From: Hemiscyllium ocellatum
Taxonomy: Eukaryota
NCBI RefSeq assembly: GCF_020745735.1
Contig: NC_083440.1
Span: 27,485,278 to 27,549,277 of the forward strand
Reading direction: 5' to 3'
Length of the DNA: 64,000 nucleotides
Positions 9,960 through 21,591 of the stretch are shown here, piece after piece (positions within the stretch are counted from its first letter, which is position 1; the number at the start of each line of letters is the position of its first letter). The position numbers and the translations under genes are program-made. Under the pieces are notes generated by a model. That model saw nothing but the letters and a program-made list of their open reading frames with translations. It did not search any database and was not told the origin of the DNA.

Positions 9960-11105
9960 ACCTGGAATTCAGGAGCCCTTGCAAGACTGGAATCGATGGG
10001 AACCCGGGGTCAAAATCTCCACGGATGGGTGTCAGGCTTGGCACACAGGAAGATGGTTGTGGTTGTTGGAGGGTCAGTCATCTCAGCTCCAGGACATCTC
10101 TGCAGGAGGTCCTCAGGGTCATGTCCTCGGTCCCAAACATCTTCAACTGCTTCATCAATGACCTCCTCTCCTTCATGAGATCAGAAGGGAGGGATGGTCA
10201 CTGCTGACTACACAGTGTTCAGTCCCATTTGGGGCTCCTCAGATGCTGAAGTAGTCAATGTTTAATGTAACAAGATCTGGACAAGATCCAGGCTTGGGCT
10301 GACAAATGACAAGTAACATTCAAACCACACAAATGCCAGGCTATGGTCATCATCAATAAGAGACAATCTAACCACCGCCCCTCAACGTTCAATGGTGTTA
10401 CCATCACTGAACCCCCCCACGATCAACATCCTGGGGGTGCCCATTGACCATGAACTCAATTGGACCCACCACAGACACACTGGCTGTGGGGGGAGGTCAG
10501 AGGCTGGGAACCCTGCAGCGAGTAACTCCCCTCCTGACTCTCCCCACAAAGCCTGTCCCACCATCTACAATGACGAGGGCAGGAGTGTGTGAGAATACTC
10601 CTCACTTGCCCCTGGATGGGGGCAGCTCCGACAACACTCAAGAAGCTGCCCCCCGCTTGCTTGGCTCCCACCCACAAACACCCCCTCCCTCCCTCCATCC
10701 CCTCCCCCACACCCCCCCCCCCCACCAACACTCAGTAGCAGCGGTGTGGACCATATACAAGGTGCCCTGCAGAAATTCCCCAAAGACCCTCAGGCAGCAC
10801 CTTCCAAACCCCACAGCCACTTCCATCCAGAAGGACAAGGGGCAGCAGGTACATGGGAACACCAGCCCCCTGCAAGTTCCCCTCCGAGCCCCTCCCCATC
10901 CCGCCTCGGAAATATATCACCGTCCCTTCAGGGTGGCTGGGTCAGAATCCTGGAATCCCCTCCCACAGGGACATTGTGGGTCTACCCACAGTACACGGAC
11001 TGCAGCGGGTCAACAAGACAGCTCACCCCCAAATTTTCAATGGGAGGGGGGTGCGGCAACTAAGGACGGGTCTGTAAAGGCTAGTTTAGCCACATCCCGT
11101 GAATT
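9960..11105 (+). mobile_element. Decayed CR1/L2-class LINE, 3' half, copy 1
   Basis: Frameshifted RT motifs (QDISAGGPQGHVLGP, FNCFIND) followed by a LINE-type tail ending cacatcccgtgaa. Confidence 0.75.
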
Positions 11106-12261
11106 TATTTCCCCAAAATTAAAGCGAATAACTCCTTTGACAACTCTCTCTCCTGTCACAATCCCACAAGCAATTAATAATGACCGAAGAAGCACGACAG
11201 AGAGGATTTAACAGGACGTGAGAGAAATAGAGAAGGACACAGCTCCATCCCCACTTCACAAACCTCAGGAATGAGATGGGCTCTGATGGAGAATTGAATG
11301 AACTCAAACAGAAAACCTTTGACCGGTGGCCGCTAATCCAACCTGCTGGGGCAAGGGGACCTCCCTGTGTGATTCTGGAAGTGAAGGAGCCCTGCAGTTT
11401 GTAACGGGATTTATTGATGAGAGTGTACATGGTTGAACAAACTGTTGGGGATTCCTGCTCGGAGCCTGAAGACTGGATGTACAAACCAAGGGACACATTG
11501 GGAAGGACTTTGCAGGATTCCCCGCGTGCTGACTCTGTGGGAACAGCTTGGAATATCTGACCTTCTGATGGACAAGTTCCTGGCTCTCCAACCCGGAATC
11601 TAGGAGCGTCGGAGCTGGAGGCTTCAGAGAATCCGGATTCCTGGATTGGATTGTGACTGGGGAAAGGCTAGGGAGAAGGAAATCTGGATCATCCCTTGGG
11701 ATAATATACAGCCNNNNNNNNNNNNNNNNNNNNNNNNNNNNNNNNNNNNNNNNNNNNNNNNNNNNNNNNNNNNNNNNNNNNNNNNNNNNNNNNNNNNNNN
11801 NNNNNNNNNNNNNNNNNNNNNNNNNNNNNNNNNNNNNNNNNNNNNNNNNNNNNNNNNNNNNNNNNNNNNNNNNNNNNNNNNNNNNNNNNNNNNNTCTGAC
11901 AGTAAAAGGTGTTCGAGACCCATCCAGCTGCTCTCTCAGGACTGAGGCAACAACAGGTGGGGTTTCAGCTGAGGGTCACCAAGACCCAGGTGGGGACACA
12001 GGTTGGGAAGGAAGGACGTTCAGGTTAACTTCAATCGGTGCTAATGACTCTCTGCCTCACAAATCAGCTGTCCAGCCAACTGAGCCTCCCTGAGACTCCC
12101 CTACCCCTAGTCCATCACCCATGGTGACTAACCCATCCTATCTGAACCCCCTGGTATGTGTCCCCTGAACACTGTGTCGGTGAAGCTAATGTTTCAATGA
12201 CCAGCAACAATCTCTCTCTCAGGTTAAAACAAGGGCTTTATTCATGCATTCAGCAGGAAGG

Positions 12262-12960
12262 ATACTCACACACTCTCTCACACTCACACACACACACACA
12301 CACACACACATAAACACACACAGATATACACACACAGATATACACACTCACAAACGCACAGATAAACATACACTCACACACTCACAGACATACAGTCACA
12401 CACACACACACACACACACACGAATACATACTCTCTCTCACATTTGCACAGATTGAGATACATAAACACACACACACAAACAGACACGCAGATACACATT
12501 ATCACTCACTCAAACAGACACCCAAAGACACACACTCACACATACACACGTGTACACACACACACACACTCATACACACGAACGCGCACACGCTCACACA
12601 CAGATGCATAAACATATGCACACAGAAACAAACACAAACACACACACAGACATGCAGACTTACACACCAACACACACATTCAGAAACACAGTTTATGCAG
12701 ACACATTCTCTCACACACACAACACAAACACAGACAGAAAGATGCTTACACATACACACTCCTTCACACACAGAAACACAGAGACATGCAGACACATATA
12801 CGCACGAACACACTCTCTCACACATACACAGACATGCAGACACACACACAGACAGAAAGATGCATAAACACACATACCAACACACACAGACATGCAGTCA
12901 TACAGACACACGAACACGCTCCCCCTCACATACACACACAGACATAAATACACAGACTCA
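12262..12960. repeat. Degenerate (CA)n-rich array, copy 1
   Basis: Directly visible. Confidence 0.9.
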
Positions 12961-13029
12961 CAGGTGAGCTTTGTCACTATGGTAACACGATGCGGTTGGT
13001 TTCTGTCTCTATGTTCTGGACGACAGAGA

Positions 13030-13416
13030 TTAGTCTCAACTGCACCTTGTTACCATAGAGACAGAAACCAACCGCACCCTGTTACCATAGAGACAGAACC
13101 CAACCGCAACCTGTTACCATGGAGACAGAAACCAGACGCACCCTGTTACCACAGAGACAAAACCAATCTCCACCCTGTTACCATAGAGATAGAACCCAAC
13201 TGCACCTTGTTACCATAGAGACAGAAACCAACCGCAACCTGTTACCATAGAGACAGAACTCAACCGCACCCTGTTACTAGAGAGACAGAACCCGACTGCA
13301 CCCCGTTACCATAGAGACAGAACCCAACTGCGTCCTGTTACCATAGAGACAGAAGCCAACTGCACCCTGTTACCATAGAGACAGAACCTGACTACACCCA
13401 GTTACCATAGAGACCA
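13030..13416. repeat. 32-bp minisatellite (ctgttaccatagagacagaacccaactgcacc), copy 1
   Basis: gttacc recurs at 13081 and 13113; about 12 units. Confidence 0.92.
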
Positions 13417-13600
13417 CTTATCACCTTGTACCCCACCAGCCTTCAAATGCGAAGAATAATCCTCCGCCATTTTTGCCAACTCCAACACGACGCTATCCCT
13501 AAACACATCTTCCCTTCCCTCCCCCTGTCTGCATTCCGCAGAGATCGTTCCTTCTGGGTCAACCTAGTCCACTCCTCCATCACACCCAATACCTGTCCCA
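13416..13600 (+). mobile_element. Penelope-like ORF fragment (region between RT and GIY-YIG), copy 1
   Basis: YPTSLQMRRIILRHFCQLQHDAIPKHIFPSLPLSAFRRDRSFWVNLVHSS resembles the PLE linker sequence; recognised from memory, not by search. Confidence 0.7.
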
Positions 13601-13944
13601 TCACACACGCCACCTTTCCCATCACACCTAACACCTCTCCCATCACCCCTAACACCTCTTCCATCACACCTAACACCTCTCCCATCACACTAACACCTCT
13701 CCCATCACACCTAACACCTCTCCAATCACACCTAACACCTCTCCCATCACACCTAACACCTCTCCCATCACACCTAACACCTCTCCCATCACACACGGCA
13801 CCTCTCCCATCACACCTAACACCTCTCCCATCACCCCTAATACCTCTCCCATTACACCTAACACCTCTCCCATCACACCTAACACCTCTCCCATCACACA
13901 CGGCACCTCTCCCATCACACCTAACACCTCTCCCATCACACACG
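13600..13944. repeat. 21-bp minisatellite (cctaacacctctcccatcaca), copy 1
   Basis: Period 21 (ctcccatc at 13741 and 13762). It grows out of the PLE fragment and abuts the ERV LTR. Confidence 0.92.
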
Positions 13945-15029
13945 TGTTATAAGTGATTTCTGTCTAGGCTTTCTGAATCTCCGGAGAATAGTTCCTGACA
14001 CTTGGCTAACTATTCTAACTCTAGGGATCTGATTCAGAACAACCGGGTCCTGCCTCCGAACTCTGCCAACCGTGGACTGTCCTTTAACCCTTGTATCAAG
14101 GGAGACTGTCCGCAAGGTTAAGTTCAAAAAGGCGAACTCCAAGTTGACTGGTATCAGTCCTTATCCCCACCGGCTATCACTTCTCCCGTGGCAAATCGAA
14201 ATACTGCGAGACACACACAAACGGAGCAACAGATGTTTATTCAATCTTCGAAGATTGGGCGAGTTTCCAAAAAAAGACTTCGGAAATCGCAACAGAAGAT
14301 TTTACAGCACTAATACTTATACATTATTTTTCCATTCAAATACAATGGTGATAATTTCATTGCTTTAAACATCTCACGCTATGGATCTTCTTACATTAAA
14401 AATCATTAATGACAATTCCATTGTTTAAAGCATTTCACGCTTTTCTCTGCCAAGTTCTTTAATTAAAATGTTATATTATTTTACAATTTCTGCTTTTTGG
14501 TATCTTCATGTTCTACTAGTTATAACATTTATTGATTTTTGTGTATGTCATGAAAAGAGCTTTCATTGTATTTTGCCCTCTGTGTCTAACTGAAGCATTC
14601 CTTGGTTTCTTGCCCAAGGTTACCATGTTCCTATCTTTACAGAGGTGACTTACAATTCATGCTTCTTTATGGCCTTAGTAAATTATTAGTCTTACAATTT
14701 CAACTTTTATTCATTAAATTTCTGTTTTAGTATAGAAATTACCCCACTTATACCAAGAGAGTGTGTGTGTGTGTGTGTGTGTGAATTGGGTGTGTGTGTG
14801 TGTAATATGTGTGTGGTGTGTGAATGTATATGTGTGTGTGTGTGAAGGTAGTGTGGGTCTAGTGTGTATATGTGTGTGGGTCTTAGTGTTCCTTTGTATG
14901 TGTGTGTGGGTCTAGTGTGTATCTGTGTGTGTGTGTATGCGCGTGAATTGGGTGTGTGTGTGTGTATATGTGTGAATAAAGAAATATGTGTGTGTGTGTG
15001 AAACTGCAGAAATTACATTAACCATATCA
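13945..15029 (-). repeat. ERV 3' LTR
   Basis: Plus strand tgttataag...accatatca. Minus-strand AATAAA at 14236-14241. About 3% diverged from the 5' LTR by eye. Confidence 0.93.
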
Positions 15030-15030
15030 A

Positions 15031-15045
15031 TTGCCCCGTCTTTTT
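15031..15045 (-). promoter_or_regulatory. ERV polypurine tract
   Basis: Minus strand reads AAAAAGACGGGGCAA directly before the 3' LTR start TGATATGG. Confidence 0.75.
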
Positions 15046-16950
15046 ATTCAGTCTGTAATTTTTGCAACATGATAATAGCTTGTCTATTCCAATCAGCTTC
15101 AGTATCGTTTGCATCTGCTTGTAGGTGAATGCCCACAACTGTATGCGGGTCACTCTTAATCAAAGTAGTCTCAATTAGGCGTGTAATTAGACCACGCAGA
15201 CATGGAATTATACAACAGCCCAAAGCAACTAAAATCCCGATAACCAACAGAAGTGTAATCACCACTGAGACCATCACCCCCTTCCATTTATCGAACCACC
15301 ACTCTAGCCAGCCAGTCCAATTAGTATTTACACATGAATTCTCAGCTATCTCATCAGCCAGTGCGTGGAGACCTTCCAGGGCACGGGTCACCGAGCCATC
15401 AGGGGCCGTATTGTTGGGAATAAAAGTACAACATTGAGAGCCTATCATGACACAAACGCTCCCCTTTTCAGCTAAGAGCATGTCCAAGGCCAGTCTATTT
15501 TCCCAAGCCATACGACTGGTGGCATCCAGTTATTCGGCCAAACCCTTTACTGCATCTCTAGTATGGTTAATAAACCGTGCTTGGTGATAATAAATGTAGT
15601 TTATCCAATCCACATTCTTATTAATAGTAACCCACCAGAATAGGGATGATTCAAAGCCTGCTGAAGTCTGGTTACGAGCTTTAAACTCATCAGGCACTCC
15701 CCTAGGGACCCCTATTGAATCAAGATAAATCCCTTTATCAAAAGAAGTGGATAGCAGTGATCTCTTATCTCTTCCTTTTTTCCCAACTAAATGTTCTCTT
15801 TCAAATGCCAGGGTGAATGGTATTGCCAATTGTACAATTGCACATATCCCCTTCCAATCAGGGGGCAGGGTGGGTCTCAGTAGTTTTCCTCCACAATACC
15901 ACCACAGATCCGCTCGGGGAACGTTTAAAGATGAGTAATTTCTTCCTTCCACTGCTTCAGTAACATTTTTAATCACTGAACACAATCTCAGCTCCCCCAA
16001 ATCAATAGATCCACCCTGTCTATAAACACACGATGTGTGATTCCCAACAGCGGCAGAAAACACAGAGGGAGCTTGCCTCTTATGTCCTTTTAAGGAAGAG
16101 AACATCAAAGACAAAGAGGCACAATTCGGATTTTTCCATGCAGTCTCATCTTGATATAGGGCTATCATACATTCCATGCCCTGTTTGTTTCGCTCCCACC
16201 CGAGCGGAAAGGGAACTACCTGAGACACTGCCCTACCGGAGGCACATGCATAGCAATTGCTTTTGTTCAGGCTTTTTACAGTATACTTAACCCATTCAAT
16301 CCAGGCATTTGTTTATCCATATCCTGTTTCTATTTCAAGAGTCTGTCTCAGGTCTTTAACCTCTATAATCTGCAGTGACTTTGGATCAGTGTAAGGGGTT
16401 AAAGGTTGCAGTTTAGAATCAAGGAATCCCAAAGGCTGTCCCCGTCCGACGCCAATTCAAAAATAGCAGCCCACAAAACGCTTCCCATACACTGTCATCT
16501 CTATCTTTAAATTTTTACTAAGGAGTTGAGACCCATTTTTATGGGGAAATGAGTCTTCAGAGGAAGCATTTTTAATGGTGAGATATATATAGGATGACAC
16601 TTCCTGTCAAAACAGTTTAGGGCTGGGCTAAAGGAGGCTCTATGGATAGTGATGCTAGGCGGTGGCTTTTGCGGTTCGGTAGGGTGTGAAGAAATATCTT
16701 GGAGGAAAGATATTCCCTTTGAAACTCTACATCTGGGCATTCTACTTAGGCTGCAAGCATCAATTTTTATAACTTGTGGAAATTCCGAAACAGAAATCAT
16801 TAACACAACATCTGAAAAAGATATATGAGCAAAACTCAGAAGTAACAGGAATAGCAGCATAATTCTGACTAGTGCTAAGAACTTAAACAATATATCAAAG
16901 CACAAAACAAGATTAACATACAATTCTGAAGAAACAGTCCCCGCACGCAC
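15044..16950 (-). pseudogene. env: ERV env (gamma-type), disrupted
   Basis: SU has NCYAC (CxxC); furin site RDKR; ISD-like ENRLALDMLLAEKGSVC; CX6CC (CVMIGSQCC); a TM helix. In-frame TAA at 16313-16315 and 15530-15532. A signal-peptide-like N-terminus (IMLLFLLLLSFAHISFS) lies in 16507-16950 and probably joins by a frameshift. Confidence 0.88.
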
Positions 16951-16999
16951 GTCGCCATAGTATAGTCAGTTAATCAAAGTCTGTTCAGTCTGAATTATA

Positions 17000-17270
17000 G
17001 TGGGTCACGTGTTGATTCGGCTGTCCAGACTCCTTTCTTAACTGGAGAGGTGACTGGCCATTTGCCAGCTTTTCTCTGCCGTTCAATGGTGAGGTGTACT
17101 AGGAACGGGCCGTCCCACACAAGTTCGAGAGTTAACTGTTGTCAATGTTTGATCAAAACCCCTTCACCGGGTTCAATAGTGTGCACAGCGAAATCCAGAG
17201 GTGGTGTCTGAGTCAGGAATCCCTGGTGGAGTAAACGAGAAACAGCGAAGCCCAGAGTCTCAACATATTT
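17000..17270 (-). pseudogene. pol: ERV integrase C-terminal remnant
   Basis: HTIEPGEGVLIKH*QQLTLELVWDGPFLVHLT matches the PG-x-V-x-IK...W-x-GP-x-x-V motif. No integrase core or RNase H is recognisable. Confidence 0.65.
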
Positions 17271-17805
17271 ACAGATACACATATCTCATGACTCAAGCTC
17301 TAGGTGATAAACACTCAAACATTCATGCACTAACGAACAGATGACTTTCAGCCAGAAACTCAACAAAATGTAATAGCTTCCGTTCTCTCTCTCTCTCTCT
17401 CTCTCATACGGTGTTGGTCTCTCTGTCTATGTCTGCCTGTCACTGTATTCTGTGTCTGGGAACTGTTCAGCGTCGGTTGTCAGTAACATCAATGCAGCCC
17501 TACGCGCCGTATAGCCCCCACGAAGCGCAATACAGTCTACTTACTGTCTCAACGTCCTGAAACTCACTCTCAAGTTACCCATATTAATTCGCATCTACCC
17601 TCAGAGTTTCTGTTCCCCCCTGCCTTATCAGCAGCCTATTTCTTTGTACATCTGTTCCGGAGCCACTGCTCCCCTGCCTCACTGGCAGCCTATCTCTCTG
17701 TGTAACTGGGTACATTTGCCCCTGGAGGCCCTGCTCCCCTGCCTCATTTTCCTGAAGGTGGATACCACCCCTCATGTCGTGTGAGTTTGGAATTGTTCTA
17801 ACTTA

Positions 17806-18836
17806 TTACCACCTTGCACTCAATCTCATGAATGGTCCTCCTTTCCATAAGAAGTCAGCCGGATTTGAACATGCACCCACCACTATCTTAAGGTCCTCTC
17901 TATCTAAGAGCACTGCCTCATATTTCAGGATTCGGGAGTCTGTGAGCCATCGTCCCGCTTTTTGATTCAGAATAGTGCGGACTTGGTGAGGAGTAACCCC
18001 AGACAGTGGTGCTCCAAACGTCAGTTTCTGGCTTTCTTCCACTAGCTTAGCAGTGGCTGCTACTGCTTGTACACATTCGGGCCAACCCCGTGAAACGGGG
18101 TCTAGGATTCTGGAGAGGAAAGCTACAGGTTTTCTATGTCCACCCCATTCCTGAGTCAAGACCCCAAAAGCCGTCCCGTGCTTGGCGTTAACAAAGAGTC
18201 GAAAATCTTTATTAAAATCTGGCAAGCTCAAAACCGGTGCTGTAACTAATTTTTTTTTAAAGTTTCAATCAGCATCTTTCCTTCTGGGTTCCATTTAACC
18301 CTGTCCGGAGCCTCCTCTGTTAGCTGCAGGTATAGCCTTTTTGTAAGAGTAGCATAATTATATATCCAGAGTCTGCAATAACCTAGCAAACCCAGGAACT
18401 TTCGGAGTTCCCTCTTAATTCGGGGTAGTCCTAATTCTACAATTCCCTTTACTCTTTCAGGGCTTATTCTCTTCTGCCCTTGACTGATCAAATGCTCTAA
18501 ATATCTTACTTCCCGTTCCACATACTGTAGTTTGTTCTGACTAACTCGCAATCCCTTCACTGCAAGGTAGTTTAATAAATCATTGGTTCCCTGCTGTGTG
18601 TCAGTTTGGGTGGGACCGGACAACAGGAGGTCGTCCACATACTGAATTAACTTTAAAGTTGGTCTTAAAGTCAAGCCCTCAAGAACTTGTTCTAGGATCT
18701 GTCCAAACAAGTTTGGTGACTCGGTAAAACCTTCAGCTAAGACAGTCCACCTATACTGCTGTTTTCTCCCAGTGTCAGAGTCCTCCTTAAGTTCTAATAA
18801 AATCATATCATGAGAAAAAAAAATAACGTTGAGCAT
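17806..18836 (-). pseudogene. pol: ERV reverse transcriptase and connection domain, disrupted
   Basis: YRWTVLAEGFTESP, LIQYVDDLLL (YVDD), FLGLLGYCRLW, then AFGVLTQ...PVAFLSR after a break. Protease not recognisable. Confidence 0.92.
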
Positions 18837-19199
18837 TCATAAAATTACAATCAAAAATAGCACACTGAATCAAATGACAAACAACAAGTTTCACACATAA
18901 AACCATTAACAAACAGATGAATTCAAGCCAGAGCACAAAGTGTTAAACTGCTTGTTAGCTGAGAAGCCTTTTTTTAAAAAAATCCATACACAAACACAAA
19001 TTCTCACATCCACAGAGACCTTTTTTTACAATCAAATTTACACACACAAAGACACACATAAATCTTCACCAACACAAAATTCCTATCGGGGGCCGGCCCA
19101 CTAAGACATAAATATTTAGATTTAGATAACCACCCTATTTATCCGACTCCTTTTGTCTTTCATACAGTCCTCCCTTACTACTGCTACCATTATCTTAAC

Positions 19200-19930
19200 C
19201 TTCCGTTCCTCCGCCATTATGTCTCGCTATACAAATACTTTCTGAACCTCCTGTAACAACTCCGACTCATTTCTACTGTTCCCGTCCTCTATCTTCTGTA
19301 ACTTCTTCTGGATATCAGGCCATGCCTTTGTCACGAAGTGAACCTTTACCATCCGTCATCCTATTTCCCCATCTGGGTCTATACCCGAACATTTCCTAAC
19401 CGACTCCCTTAATCTGTGTAAGAATGCACAGGGAGACTCGTCCTTTCCCTGCCTCAGGTCGAAAACCTTGGCTAAATTTTGTTGTTTGGGGATGCAAGTT
19501 TGTATCCCTTGGATTATCAAATTTTGCATGTCTAACATATTATTCCACTCTTCTATATTGTGGTGGTCCCAGTTAGGGTTCTGAAGGGGATATTTGTCTT
19601 CACCCCTAACCATCCCCCTCTCATGCCAAATTGTCCGGCAAGCTTAATACCGGCACTGCTACTAGTTTTTTTTTAATCTCAATTTAACACTTTCCCTATC
19701 CAGTATCCTTTCTCCCCCAGTAAATAGCATGTTCAAAAATAGACATTAACTCAGCCCACATATACAGACTGGGCCGCAAAAATAAATTAATTTGTTCTGA
19801 CAATCCTATCGGATTCTCATCCAGGACCGTCATTTCCTTTTAAATATTCCGACCTCCCCACTGGTGAGGGGGTCACACACAAAACCAATCTCCTTGTCCC
19901 CTATTGGCACTTTAATCGATACGTTCTTCC
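19200..19930 (-). pseudogene. gag: ERV gag capsid segment (second gag copy)
   Basis: VPIGDKEIGFVCDPLTSGEV..FK(fs)EMTVLDENPIGLSEQINLFLRP, then the MHR RQGKDESPCAFLHRLRE. Confidence 0.85.
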
Positions 19931-20559
19931 TTTTTTTAAGAAATATTGCAATGTTCCTAGCTTCTCATATCCTCAAACACCAATTTATTAATTCATGCTT
20001 GACTAACTTTAAAGCCTGTTCCTAACTTGTAAACATATTTATATATTTACGTCCATTTATTTAATATTTAATATTTAAAATGTAAAATGCATACAGTTCC
20101 CAATTTTAAAATCCACTGTAATCACCCAGATTTAGTACCCTAATTTAGATCCAAAATTAGTTTTCTTATGTACTCCTGACCAATTATTTCTCAATTACAA
20201 TACTTTAGGTCGTAAAATAATCAGAGCTGTCTTACAATAATTTGTCAATTCAAGTTTAAAAAAAAATTCTCATGGCCGAATCCAAGGTCTCAGATAATAA
20301 CCATGGAAGTTATCTTCTTTTTTTTCCCGACAGTCTACTGTTGAACTGAAACTACAACTGTCCTTCACATATTGAAAATAAATCATGTTAAGTTTACATA
20401 AAGATCACATTTAAAACAATCCTGGAACTCAAGCTCCAGTGAATAAAACTTCCTCATTCAATCACCAACAAACCAATGTGCTATCAAACCGAATGTTTTG
20501 CGAGCAGTTCTTGCTCTCTCTCTCTCTCTCTCTGTCGGTCTTACTGCAAGCTGCTGGTA

Positions 20560-21248
20560 AAAAATAAACTTCAGTTGTCTTATATAATTTGAGTTTAATG
20601 GGGCTACAACAAATCCTGTGGTCCGTTCCCCAAACGGGACCTCCCGTAGGGGACACAGTCTCACTACTTCTTTATCACCTTTTCCCCTCATCTCTCTCTC
20701 CTTTAGTCGTGCAGATCTCCTTACCCCCTCAGCTCCTGCTGCTGTGGCTTCCACGTCCCCTTCGCCAGATCCCCTGGATCCCGCTCCCGATTCTCCAACG
20801 GCCGCTGCCGTTGTTCCTCCTGAAGAGCATATGGCGGGGGTGCCACAGGCGGGGGTAAGTTCTCTAACACTTCCCACTTACTCTCATTCAGTGGGGTTAA
20901 AGGATATAAGGGTACTGGGGTTGGAGCAGTTGCTGTCAGGTTCCCTACCCAACATGCAGCATACTCACTCTCCTTTAAACCTGGATACTGTTTATTCTTT
21001 ACATAATCATTTAAAATTTGACAAACCCAATCCTGGTCCGATCCAAATTTTGGCCAGATCACTGATGGCGGACGGATGGGTTCTTTTACTCAAACAAAAC
21101 AACAGTATTTTATCATTTCCTTTTTCTTTAAGCCCCGACTTTCGTAGGGACTCCAATTCCCCAATTTTCGTCCCAGCGGACTATCAAGGGGAATTTTTGG
21201 GGTTTCGTCTTCCCGTTCCTTTTTAGACCTGGAACCTCGGCCACCCAT
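20560..21248 (-). pseudogene. gag: ERV gag N-terminus (MA, Pro-rich region, start of CA; first gag copy)
   Basis: Starts MGGRGS at 21248. IPLDSPLG...KKKEMIKYCCFV* (probably W to stop), WPKFGS, PPPY late-domain-like motif (APPPYA). Ends after VPFGERTTGFVVAPLNS. Confidence 0.85.
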
Positions 21249-21567
21249 GGTTGGTCTTCAGGCTAACCTACACTCTGGTTACTCAATTAACCCTTGTATC
21301 CCGGTTACCTGTCACAACCACCGAGTCGACAAGGCAGTGTACCCTTCTCAATTCCGCGATAACCCCAAATACCAGAGAAGGTTCTTACCTTGATCCTGTG
21401 CACGGAGTTGTCCGACTCAAAGTAAAAAATCACCTTTTTACTTTTTCGAAGCTTCAACCTTTTTACTTTATTGCGAGCGCCACCTATTCACATCGTTTGC
21501 TCAAACATCTGTGTGTGTCACAGTGTCCCAGAATCATTCAGAGCCTCCCGTGGGAGTTCTGTTTAGG

Positions 21568-21587
21568 ATCACGGACACGAGCCCCCA
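21568..21587 (-). promoter_or_regulatory. ERV primer-binding site, tRNA-Pro type
   Basis: Minus strand reads TGGGGGCTCGTGTCCGTGAT, 4 nt after the 5' LTR end. Confidence 0.8.
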
Positions 21588-21591
21588 AATT

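Noticed and set aside
11714-11894. N runs (also 22397-22588, 22631-22766, 43119-43389, 48363-48507, 60357-60493) hiding the missing B7 exons
   Set aside because: All are under 300 nt and flanked by CA/TG repeats. Where the paralogue shows the sequence it is microsatellite. The gaps at 43.1 and 48.4 kb cannot be checked that way.
16507-16950. Independent accessory gene of the kind seen in epsilonretroviruses
   Set aside because: Its position and signal-peptide-like stretch are better explained as the frameshifted 5' end of env.
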